39,949 nt of DNA, from IMG/VR virus record IMGVR_UViG_3300012200_000010, positions 1 through 39,949 of that record; one strand, written 5' to 3'. Of the stretch, positions 15,832-24,496 are shown piece after piece. The notes beneath the pieces are model-generated. The model was not told where the DNA came from. It searched no databases and saw nothing but the letters and a program-made list of their open reading frames with translations. A program made the translations under genes and the position numbers. This DNA is from a virus (lineage: Duplodnaviria; Caudoviricetes). Each line of letters opens with the position of its first letter. The stretch's first letter is position 1.

Positions 15832-18800
15832 TTACCTCAAATCAGCGTGTATGCTTTGCAGCTTGCGCCATGTAGGATCATTCGCCCGAACCGATGGCGG
15901 ATGTTCCTTGATATAAGCAACACGCGCTCTCCACAGCTGAGCCGTCAACTGATCCTTCTCCGCAGGGCGCGCCACATCCCATACATCGATTTTGTCTGCT
16001 AGAGGCAATCGATCGAAGCGCGCCTGCAAGGGGGTCATGTGCTGACGTTTAAAAATCTCATCGGCTCGCCGCTTGCCGACTTGTTGTAGTACTTGGCCTC
16101 GACTGATTTCTCCGTTCTGGAGAGCAGTCTCAAGGCGTACATCTGTTTGGTGAGCGGCCAGGTTGCGTTCGCTGACCGGCCCAGAAGGCATGCGGTCTGA
16201 TGAAAGTTGCTGTGCCAATTTCTCGGCCTCGGTCCTATATTTGAGAACGCTGAGACCGGAGGCTTTGAGGATCTGATCCACGTTTGTGGCGTCCGGAGCA
16301 GGCTTGAGAAAGCTCTGGCCGGCTATAGGAACGATGTTGCGTACCAGATCACTGGCTTGTGTTTCCATTGGGGCCCTGCGCCCTAGGGCATCGCGGCCGG
16401 ACAGGAACTCCATCGTCGGGCGAACAGTCAGGGGGTTGATACGGTTGGCCAGGAAGCCGCGCGGATCGGTCATGACGTGCAGAAGGTCGGTTGGTAGAGT
16501 GCGTACGGAGTAGACCTTCTCCTCGCCTTTATCGTTCTTGCTGACTACACCGAACGGAGCTTCATTGTGCATGTTGCCAGAAGCCAGCATATTGGCTACG
16601 CGGGCAAAGCCCCACAAGCCCGCCATGGTGAGGACCATCTTTTTGCGCGTGATCGCGCCAGTCTCTTTGTCGAACATTCCGGCGGCGCGGCCTAGCATAC
16701 GGATCTCGGATACCAGCCAGTCCGGAGCCAGGGCAAACATACGCATGAAGTCTTGCTGCGATGCAGAGACTCCAAGTTTGTGCCAGTCCTGTCCGCCGAA
16801 GACGTCGTTCGTCATATCGGCAGCGCGCGATGCCCGCTCGTCCGCAGTTAGGTTTGTATTGCGCTCGCCTATGTCTTCGTACAGTTTTAGTGCGGCGCGG
16901 TCCTTCAGGCTTGGAATGTATTTCTCGAACAAGAACTCCTGCATTTTGGATTGCAAAGCATTCAGGCCAGGAACTCGGCTGATGAACTTCGAGTGGCTGG
17001 CGTAACCGGTGGAATACTCGTCCTTGGGTTTGAACATGTCGCGCTTCAAACCGTTCTTAACGAGCCGCTGTAGCGTCGGGCTTTCGTTTATGTTCATGTG
17101 GTCGAAGGTGAAAGGATTGACGCCCATCATAACGGCGCGGAGCCCTTCCTGAATGATGTGGAACGGGGAGATTGATAGCAATAAGCCTTTGGCCTCGCCG
17201 GATGCTTTGCCGATCGATCGCAGAATTTTGTTGGACCGGAATGGGGACTCCTCAATGCCTAGCACGCGCCGGACTTCTGGTACAAAGTCGGGGTGAATCA
17301 TGAGATCGCCTCGCAGGAACACGGGCGCGCCATTGGTATCTTGTCCAGAGTAGTTCCACCCGCGCATGGCGGAATGGTCCGGAGCAACGTAGCCGTCGGT
17401 GGACCAAGCGTAGGCGTGAACTTTGTTCCCGTCTTCCGCAGTTAGGTCCCAAGGCAGGCGTTCGATTATGCCGTCCTTGAGGGCCTTCTCCAGCTTTGTC
17501 ATGCCAGTCCGCGGGTCAGCCCCACCTTCTTGCATGCCTTTGATTATTTCGTTGGATATGTTTATTCTCTTCATCTGCTGAGGATCTACCGCAACCGCGG
17601 GATTGCCGGTCTCGCTTCCCATGATCCTGGAGGTTCCGGCCAAAACCGCAGCAGGCCGCCCATCGCCGGCTTTTAGATCTTTCGCGCGCATAGCTTCCAA
17701 ATACTCGCGGCCAGCCATGGCGTGCTCTACGGCGACATAATGATTGTAGGCGTGCAGCGCCAGGTCGTCGTGTTTGAATTTCTCGCCGGCCATGAGCCCC
17801 TGGAGTTCGGTGCGATATGCGCGCTGCTTGGCTTGGTTGACGTTGGTGGAGAACCGGCCGCTGTCGGCGTCGTCTCGCAGTTGGTTTAGGGCAGAATTGT
17901 TGGATTCTTCTTCGCCCTTGCCGTGGAGCCTTTGCCAAAAGCTGTTGATTTTATCTGCCCACGCCTGTGGGTGGTAGGCCTCGACCCATTCGCGGATCAA
18001 ACCTGCCTTGTGCATCTTGTTGAAGGATTCGTCGTAGAACTGGCGTAGGGATTCGGCGACTGCTTTCTCTTCGTCGGTCAGCGTAAGCGCGTAGCGGAAA
18101 CCATCCAGAAGTTCTTTCTGCTCTTTCGGCGTGTACTTCTTTAGAAATCGCGAGTTGTCCCCCGGCAGGTCTTCCGCGCCGAGTGGGCGCAGCGGTGTAG
18201 AATTGCCGGTTAGCTTGCCGTCCGCATTCCGCTCTAGTTCATGCCCCGGCATGTGCGTACGTTCAGTGATAAGTTTGTCGTCCGGAATAGGGTCGGTTTC
18301 TGCTGGAGGTGCGTGTCCGGCTTTAGCCGCCAGGTCTGCATGAATGCCAGCCTCGACCTCAGCGCGCGGCACGGAGAAGACGGTCAGATCGTTTCGACTG
18401 CCGCTATCCGGCGTCGTGGCCTTTGCCAGGGCTTCGTCCGCGGTCGCGTAGTACTTGATCGTTTCTCGGCGCGAGCTCTTGATGCCCGCGTTTTTCACCA
18501 TATCGGCGTACTTGGACTCGACTGCAGCGAAAACGTGGTCGCGGCTCCAGGGGCTGTCTTGTCCTTCTGGGCGCAGGTTCTTTTTGGTGGTTCCTTCAAG
18601 CACGCCTAAGGCTTTGTTGATCGCATCCACGTCACCACCGAACGTGATGTAGTGGCGGATCGCGGCTTGGGCTACCTTGTCTTCCACGCCGGCGTCTTTC
18701 AATTCTTCACGTATCGCCTCCATCTTGGCGCGCGATAGATCCAAGCCCTTGCTGGTGCTCTCTTTGAATTTGCCGGCAATGTCTGCAGCTATCTTGAGAG

Positions 18801-19692
18801 AATCAGTTACGGTCTGCGGCTTGCCGCTGACGGCATCATGTACAGCTTTTATGTCTTCGAACCCGTGATGTGCGCCCTGTGCAAAAAGGGCCGCGCCACC
18901 AAGTAGGTTTGTGCCTAAGCGCGTGGCGGCTTCAACGTCACCGTCTTTAAGAGCGTCCAGGAACTCCGGAGATTGAGTAACCAAACCGTGCGCCATATCT
19001 ACGGCGAAACCTGTGGACATAGCAGCTTTGAGGGTCTTTACAACTGTAGGAGCCAGCTTCTCTCCTACACCCAAAGATTTAAGAACGCCGATACCAGCGC
19101 CTTCGACGGCACTGCCGCCGAACGTTGCTATCAAAAGTCCAACCTGAAGCGGTGTGATGAAGCTGTTGCCGAGATCTTCTAGGCCGGATTCAAGGCCCTT
19201 CTCAAAATTGCCTGCGCCCTCGTGCGTGCCCCACTTGTGCAGGTCGTAGAAAGGGGAATTCATCCACTCCCACGCCTTGCTGTACCACGGCTCCTCTTCC
19301 ATCTTCTCTGGATCGGATTTGCCGTAGTCCACTTCTGCTTGAGAAAGGGTTCGGCTCGGGCCATACGCTCTGGAAATGCTTGGTCCTGCTGCATTCTCTG
19401 CTGCTGCCTGCGCCCAGAGTGTTGAGGACGGCGCAGAAGAAGGCGCAGCGGCAGGCGTAGTTGTTGCGCTGTTTTCTTTTTCGGCTTGCGCCCATAAACC
19501 TGCGGACGTCTGTGTAGGAGACTGTGTCGGCTGTTGAATCGCCGCGCTGTTTTCTTTTTCGGCTTGTGCCCACAAACCTGCGGAAGAGGCCTCCGGCGCC
19601 ATCGCGGGAGCAGGAGTAGGAGCCGCCGTTGGAGCGGCTCCCTTGTTTTCAGATTCGGCTTGTGCCCAAAGAGCTTGCGATGTAGTTGACAT
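15832..19692 (-). CDS. Large internal virion/ejection protein (1286 aa)
   Basis: Size, helical Ala-rich composition, position at end of the ejection cluster; N-terminal LWAQA repeats. Confidence 0.7.
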   Translation of the reverse strand: MSTTSQALWAQAESENKGAAPTAAPTPAPAMAPEASSAGLWAQAEKENSAAIQQPTQSPTQTSAGLWAQAEKENSATTTPAAAPSSAPSSTLWAQAAAENAAGPSISRAYGPSRTLSQAEVDYGKSDPEKMEEEPWYSKAWEWMNSPFYDLHKWGTHEGAGNFEKGLESGLEDLGNSFITPLQVGLLIATFGGSAVEGAGIGVLKSLGVGEKLAPTVVKTLKAAMSTGFAVDMAHGLVTQSPEFLDALKDGDVEAATRLGTNLLGGAALFAQGAHHGFEDIKAVHDAVSGKPQTVTDSLKIAADIAGKFKESTSKGLDLSRAKMEAIREELKDAGVEDKVAQAAIRHYITFGGDVDAINKALGVLEGTTKKNLRPEGQDSPWSRDHVFAAVESKYADMVKNAGIKSSRRETIKYYATADEALAKATTPDSGSRNDLTVFSVPRAEVEAGIHADLAAKAGHAPPAETDPIPDDKLITERTHMPGHELERNADGKLTGNSTPLRPLGAEDLPGDNSRFLKKYTPKEQKELLDGFRYALTLTDEEKAVAESLRQFYDESFNKMHKAGLIREWVEAYHPQAWADKINSFWQRLHGKGEEESNNSALNQLRDDADSGRFSTNVNQAKQRAYRTELQGLMAGEKFKHDDLALHAYNHYVAVEHAMAGREYLEAMRAKDLKAGDGRPAAVLAGTSRIMGSETGNPAVAVDPQQMKRINISNEIIKGMQEGGADPRTGMTKLEKALKDGIIERLPWDLTAEDGNKVHAYAWSTDGYVAPDHSAMRGWNYSGQDTNGAPVFLRGDLMIHPDFVPEVRRVLGIEESPFRSNKILRSIGKASGEAKGLLLSISPFHIIQEGLRAVMMGVNPFTFDHMNINESPTLQRLVKNGLKRDMFKPKDEYSTGYASHSKFISRVPGLNALQSKMQEFLFEKYIPSLKDRAALKLYEDIGERNTNLTADERASRAADMTNDVFGGQDWHKLGVSASQQDFMRMFALAPDWLVSEIRMLGRAAGMFDKETGAITRKKMVLTMAGLWGFARVANMLASGNMHNEAPFGVVSKNDKGEEKVYSVRTLPTDLLHVMTDPRGFLANRINPLTVRPTMEFLSGRDALGRRAPMETQASDLVRNIVPIAGQSFLKPAPDATNVDQILKASGLSVLKYRTEAEKLAQQLSSDRMPSGPVSERNLAAHQTDVRLETALQNGEISRGQVLQQVGKRRADEIFKRQHMTPLQARFDRLPLADKIDVWDVARPAEKDQLTAQLWRARVAYIKEHPPSVRANDPTWRKLQSIHADLR
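19466..19584 (-). repeat. 41-bp near-identical repeat (SAGLWAQAEKENSA)
   Basis: 19466-19506 vs 19544-19584, 2 mismatches. Confidence 0.9.
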
Positions 19693-19701
19693 TGTTCAGC
19701 C

Positions 19702-21753
19702 TTATTTCTGATATTTAACTAGTTTAATGCCCTGGCGCGTGAAATTGTCTATTTGTGCTTGAGTCAGTGGTTGGTGGATACCGGTGGCCACTTCTAGCAT
19801 TTCGACCATTTCCGGTTTGGATTGAGTAGTGGGGCCCGGTTGCGGGGCATTGTTGAGCATCTTGTCCATGAACTCAATCTTCTCATCGTCTGTCCACTTC
19901 GGATGATTTTTGATTTCATCCGCGATGTCCTCTCGCAGTTCAGGGTTCGGTACCGTTCCGACTTTAGCGCCGGAGTAAGTAGGATTTGTTATGCGTTTGA
20001 GTTGTTCGAGTTTGGCTGCTTTCTCTTCTTTGGCTCGGGCGGTTGCTTTCTCTAGTTGGACCTTGGCTGCAGCCTGATCAGGCGTATCAGTAGCTTTGAC
20101 TTCTGTGGCCTTGGCCGCAGCTTGCGTCGTAGACGCTGTAACGATTCTGGCTTGCAGTTGTTCCCGAACGCGCGACAATTCCTCGGGCTTCCAGGATGTT
20201 TTGTAGGTGCCGTCCTTAACCTTCTTGTCGAATGTTTCGAGAGCCTGTTTGCCGTCGAACTTGCCATCCGTCGTGTAGCGTTGAACGAAGGCGTTGGCGA
20301 AGGCTGCCTCTCTGCTAACAGGCGTTCCCAAAGAGCGCAGTGTCGACGTGCTTGTGTCTAGTGCACTTTGGGCTTCGACGATTGATTGGCGTATAGTTGC
20401 TTCTTGCGGGGTTCCTGCCGCTAGAACGAGTTGGTTGTTTCCTTTGTTGATGGTGTCTTGTGCGATAGCGGCCTGCGTATGCGCGAAGTTGCCGATGAAT
20501 CCTCGGTCCTTCTCAGTCATATACGGAAGGCCTGTGTCGGTGTTTACGGCCCAAGGCTGATTGCCGGCGGCGAACATGCGCTCGTGTGCGCCGGACAAAG
20601 CATCCTCTTTCGCAGCGTCCGCCAGAAACTTCTTGGCATGCGCCCAGTCCATAGCGGCAGCGGCTTCCGCCTGCTTAGTTTCGGCGGCCGATTTTTTGTT
20701 CTTGGCTTGATCGTCCAACCATCCGGAATATACTTTTCCGGTCATAAGTATTGGATCCATAACTTTGCCGGAGGCGTCCTTGGTTCCGTCTGGGATTGGA
20801 TTACCTTCGCTGTCCTTTGCGACAGAATTGTTGGCGTTCTTTTTAGCAAAGCGCATAACTTGTAGGTCTTCATAGCCCTTAGGCTTTCTCATCACAACGT
20901 ATCCGCTTCGGTTTGGGTCGTACATGATTCTGGTGTCGTAATCGCCAGGACGAATGAGATCGTTCGTGTATTTCTTGACTGCCTCTTCGGCGTCTTGGGT
21001 GCTCGCGAACAAGTGAACTTTGCCGTTGGGTTCTTGCACTTCTGCGTACCCAGATGTTTTGGCACTCTCGAATTTGTCTAACTGAGCATTCTTGTAATCC
21101 AACTGCTCTTGAGAGAACTTAATAGCTCCCTGCGAGGCGGCTTGTTTAATGGATTCGGTCTCAGCCACGTCGCGTTGCATTCTAACAGCGGACTCCTGCT
21201 GTGCTCTAGCGTCGGCGTGTTTCTTCATGAGAGCTTCGTCCGCGATGGTCTTGTTTTTAAATTGATCTTGGGCCTCTTTCTCGGCTTTCTCATTCTGATC
21301 TTTTCTTGACGCATCTTCGGCTTTAAACCCAGCCGAGAACGCAGAAGACATAGCAGGACCCTTGCCGCGGTTTGCTGGGTCATAGCCGCCCGCAAGGCCG
21401 GTGATCGCCGCAGCCAAAATGCCGCGTGCCATCTCGCCTGGTTTCAGGTCGCGATATGTGGCCACCGGGCCGTTCTCTGTTTGAGTCCATTCCTTTTTCT
21501 TGCCGCCTGCCAGGGTCTGGAAGATCTCACTCAAAACGTGCTTGCCGCCCTGCTCCACAGATCCGATGAGTCCGGGCTTGGTAGGGGCTGTTGGCGCAGC
21601 TGGCGCGGCACCCACGGCCGGAGCGGCCTGGGGCGCGGTGGTCTGAGGCGTGTTCGCCCCGAGATCGTTCTGGGCTGCGTCATTGCTGGTAGTTGCGGCC
21701 GGGATGGGGGTCATGCCTGCGGAAGTCTCTGGGGTGGGTGTATCGTTTGCCAC
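19702..21753 (-). CDS. Internal virion/ejection protein (683 aa)
   Basis: Ala/Gln/Lys-rich helical sequence, GILAAAITGLAGG segment, position. Confidence 0.65.
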   Translation of the reverse strand: MANDTPTPETSAGMTPIPAATTSNDAAQNDLGANTPQTTAPQAAPAVGAAPAAPTAPTKPGLIGSVEQGGKHVLSEIFQTLAGGKKKEWTQTENGPVATYRDLKPGEMARGILAAAITGLAGGYDPANRGKGPAMSSAFSAGFKAEDASRKDQNEKAEKEAQDQFKNKTIADEALMKKHADARAQQESAVRMQRDVAETESIKQAASQGAIKFSQEQLDYKNAQLDKFESAKTSGYAEVQEPNGKVHLFASTQDAEEAVKKYTNDLIRPGDYDTRIMYDPNRSGYVVMRKPKGYEDLQVMRFAKKNANNSVAKDSEGNPIPDGTKDASGKVMDPILMTGKVYSGWLDDQAKNKKSAAETKQAEAAAAMDWAHAKKFLADAAKEDALSGAHERMFAAGNQPWAVNTDTGLPYMTEKDRGFIGNFAHTQAAIAQDTINKGNNQLVLAAGTPQEATIRQSIVEAQSALDTSTSTLRSLGTPVSREAAFANAFVQRYTTDGKFDGKQALETFDKKVKDGTYKTSWKPEELSRVREQLQARIVTASTTQAAAKATEVKATDTPDQAAAKVQLEKATARAKEEKAAKLEQLKRITNPTYSGAKVGTVPNPELREDIADEIKNHPKWTDDEKIEFMDKMLNNAPQPGPTTQSKPEMVEMLEVATGIHQPLTQAQIDNFTRQGIKLVKYQK

Positions 21754-21754
21754 G

Positions 21755-22168
21755 TTATTTCTCCTCTAAGAAAAAACCGAGTTCGGTCTGGGCGTTGATT
21801 TCAATCCCAGGTAATGCCTTGTTCAAAAAGTCTATGACCTCAAAGATGTGTCCATCTCTTATGCTATCAAGATGGAAGGATTTTAGCAAGTCACTCAGCG
21901 TGCTTGAAGCACTGAGCTTGCCTTCGTATCCTTTGGCTCTTGATTGACCGGAGCACTTCCACTCCAGGTCTTGGATCAGGAAGCGGTACCCCCCGATCAG
22001 TGATGTAAAGATGCGGCGACCTTTGTTATCCACTTCCCCGAGGTGCCTGAACGAGTACGCGCGGGCCAGCGCGGGATTCCGCAACTGGTACGCGTCCGAG
22101 GAAGGATCATGCATTCTGTTGATGAATCCTATAGCATCTGCCAAAGCCTCAATTCGTTTCGGCGGCAT
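21755..22168 (-). CDS. Virion protein, possibly a degenerate lysozyme-like fold
   Basis: RNP...GRRIFTSLIGG...L..DL...TL..L resembles NNPGN-type phage proteins. Confidence 0.4.
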   Translation of the reverse strand: MPPKRIEALADAIGFINRMHDPSSDAYQLRNPALARAYSFRHLGEVDNKGRRIFTSLIGGYRFLIQDLEWKCSGQSRAKGYEGKLSASSTLSDLLKSFHLDSIRDGHIFEVIDFLNKALPGIEINAQTELGFFLEEK

Positions 22169-22754
22169 GGGAATTCTCCTTCTGTTTTTGAAAGAATCTA
22201 CGTCGGCCTTCTTGAATGTGTTGTATGTGACTAGCAGAAAGCTTCATACCTTTTCTGCCTTCACTCATTCTTTGTTTATGCAGTTCAGATTTTGGTTTTG
22301 CGAGAGCGGCGGTGCTCAGTGTTTTTGATAATTTTATTTTATATTCGGGATCTGACCACCGTTGCCTGGAAGCTTTACCTATCCGCTTTCGGTGTTCTTC
22401 GGAAAGCGTTCTTCCAGTTAATCGAGCTTTCATTTTTTCTATGCCGTCGGTGGTAACAACTACCGACTCTCCGCCGGCGGTAATGTTATAACCAAAATGT
22501 TCGTTGGTTGTATTTAAAAGGATGATCCACAACTTCTCGGTGTTGTTTAAGGACTCCTTTGATTTTGGTTCAGCCAGTACTTGAAGAGAAAACGATTCAC
22601 TTCCGTGTTTGCGTATCGCCTTTCCTATTCTAGTAGGCCGCCCGTGAAGGGCCTGCGATCTGTGCTTTGTCCATCTCGTAGAAAGAGGGACAATTGTCTG
22701 GCCAACGTAGCATTTTTCGGTGACCTCGTTGAACGCGAGGTAAACGATTCCCAT
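22149..22754 (-). CDS. GIY-YIG homing endonuclease with NUMOD3 repeats
   Basis: SD AGGAG; GIVY...YVGQT, R...H, E, GYN; LSEEHRKRIG / KSELHKQRMS repeats. Confidence 0.9.
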   Translation of the reverse strand: MGIVYLAFNEVTEKCYVGQTIVPLSTRWTKHRSQALHGRPTRIGKAIRKHGSESFSLQVLAEPKSKESLNNTEKLWIILLNTTNEHFGYNITAGGESVVVTTDGIEKMKARLTGRTLSEEHRKRIGKASRQRWSDPEYKIKLSKTLSTAALAKPKSELHKQRMSEGRKGMKLSASHIQHIQEGRRRFFQKQKENSHAAETN

Positions 22755-22768
22755 AGCTGTTCTCCTTT

Positions 22769-23767
22769 TTACTCTAACGACCAAATTCCATTGCTGAGGT
22801 AACCGTGCAGACCGCCACTCAACTTGATCATAATGACCCAGCCGGCGGGGAGATGCTTTACTTCAACTACTTTCTCAGCCACAACGCCGTGGACGACGCG
22901 ATTGAGAGAATTAATAGCCCTTACGTAACCGCGGTTCGCGCAAGAGAAGGTGTGGGATTCACTGACGTCGATGCTACGTCCATTTTCGGTGGTAACCCTA
23001 ACACAATTTTGGCGGAACGTAGTAATTTCCTCGACCATTTCCGGGCCCTCAAAGCCGAGCACTTCATCACCTTCTCTAAGCGAGCCAGCGATCCTCTCGG
23101 AGCCGTCTGCCATCATGATCATTGTATCAGGGGAAACGCACGCCACGCCTGCCGCGCCGATCGCCGAATCAGCTAATCCACCTACGAGGCCCATCCACGA
23201 GGTGGATGCGGCTTCGTTGGCGTTGGCTTGGGCCGCTTCATTCGATTGCGCTGTATTTCCCAGGCTGCCAAATTCCGCCGCCGGCGACATAGTCTCGGCG
23301 CCAAGCTTGGCTTCCTGCGTCATACCAAGATCGCGTTCCTTGCGGCCGATGTTATAATCTTCCGCTGTGATCTCGGCCTGTTGGTCCGCCTCTTTGCCAA
23401 GGATCTCCGCGGTAGCACCAGCGCGCACAGCTTGGGTAACTCCGGACTCGACGCCAGGAACTGCGCTGGTCATAGCCGCGTGCTCGCCGATATGCCTGTT
23501 AACCTTCTGAATGTTGGCCGCAGATGCGTTCGTGGCCTGGGATCTGCGGGCCGCCAACTCTTCCGACGACATGCCGTGCTCGGTGTTGATGATCTTGTCC
23601 CATCCGGCTTTAAGGGAGTTGTACATGGATGAGCCCATGCCGAACACCGTTTTGTAGGAGTCGTGCATGATGCTCGTGAAGTCTTGCGCGCCCTTGAGGG
23701 CGGCTTGCTGCGCACCGGACGGATCGCAGTTCTTATAAATCTTGCCTACGTATTTGAAAGTTTTCAT
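22769..23767 (-). CDS. Pilot/ejection-like protein with C-terminal Hint domain
   Basis: Ala/Gln-rich helical body; CVSPDTMIMMADGS (block A), L..GD.V, VSESHTF (block B), YLSNGIW (block G-like). Confidence 0.8.
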   Translation of the reverse strand: MKTFKYVGKIYKNCDPSGAQQAALKGAQDFTSIMHDSYKTVFGMGSSMYNSLKAGWDKIINTEHGMSSEELAARRSQATNASAANIQKVNRHIGEHAAMTSAVPGVESGVTQAVRAGATAEILGKEADQQAEITAEDYNIGRKERDLGMTQEAKLGAETMSPAAEFGSLGNTAQSNEAAQANANEAASTSWMGLVGGLADSAIGAAGVACVSPDTMIMMADGSERIAGSLREGDEVLGFEGPEMVEEITTFRQNCVRVTTENGRSIDVSESHTFSCANRGYVRAINSLNRVVHGVVAEKVVEVKHLPAGWVIMIKLSGGLHGYLSNGIWSLE

Positions 23768-24183
23768 AGTCGCACCGAATATTGGTCCTTTGCTTCTTGA
23801 AAGCCGAACTTGCCGAAAAGATTGATCAGCCCTTTGGACTGAGAATCGAAAATCATTTCGTGATATCCGAGGCTCTTGGCACCGGCCGAGATTTCATAGA
23901 AGGCCTGCTTGAGCGCCAGCTTCGTGATCTCTTTGTCGTTCCCAACGTCTGGCGGGAACTGGATGTAGCAGCGCATGACATTCTCAAGCTTCAGGTAGAA
24001 CACGACGCCGCCGACAGTCTCCACAGCAATGCTCTTGGAGCCCATCGGTTTGGCGAGAGTTTGTGAGTCCGCGGCCCACCACTCAGGCTTCACATCGTGA
24101 TGTTGGGGGCAAGAATCCTTTGCTATCCACGCGGACAGCCGGGGAATATCTGATTCATTGACACCTCTGAGATTGACTTTCAC
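23764..24183 (-). CDS. GNAT-like protein (T7 gp13/P22 gp14 position)
   Basis: GTGA coupling; LRGVNESDIPRL...W, AKSLGYHEM...LINLFGKFGF. Confidence 0.55.
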   Translation of the reverse strand: MKVNLRGVNESDIPRLSAWIAKDSCPQHHDVKPEWWAADSQTLAKPMGSKSIAVETVGGVVFYLKLENVMRCYIQFPPDVGNDKEITKLALKQAFYEISAGAKSLGYHEMIFDSQSKGLINLFGKFGFQEAKDQYSVRL

Positions 24184-24485
24184 GCGTGGCCGCCTTTGTA
24201 GTGGATGCCCACCAAAGATCCCACGGTCTGCAGAACCGCGGAGACGATGAGCTTGATGTTCTGCCACTTCTTGTGGTCTCGGAGGTCGTCTTCCATCGCC
24301 CGTATGCGCGTGGACAGATCTGCTTCCTTGAGCGTCCTGATGTCCTCATGCATGACTGGCAGAATCCCAGTAGGGTTCTGGAACAGTCGCTCATTGAGGG
24401 CAATCAGGCCTGCCTCTGTGGCGGCGCCAGATCGTTTGATGTCGCCTAGTTCTTGCAATACTTGAAGTTCAAAATCGGTAGCCAT
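24180..24485 (-). CDS. Coiled-coil protein with C-terminal TM segment (holin- or spanin-like?)
   Basis: Coiled coil followed by IKLIVSAVLQTVGSLVGI. Confidence 0.5.
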   Translation of the reverse strand: MATDFELQVLQELGDIKRSGAATEAGLIALNERLFQNPTGILPVMHEDIRTLKEADLSTRIRAMEDDLRDHKKWQNIKLIVSAVLQTVGSLVGIHYKGGHA

Positions 24486-24496
24486 TGCCGTAATCC

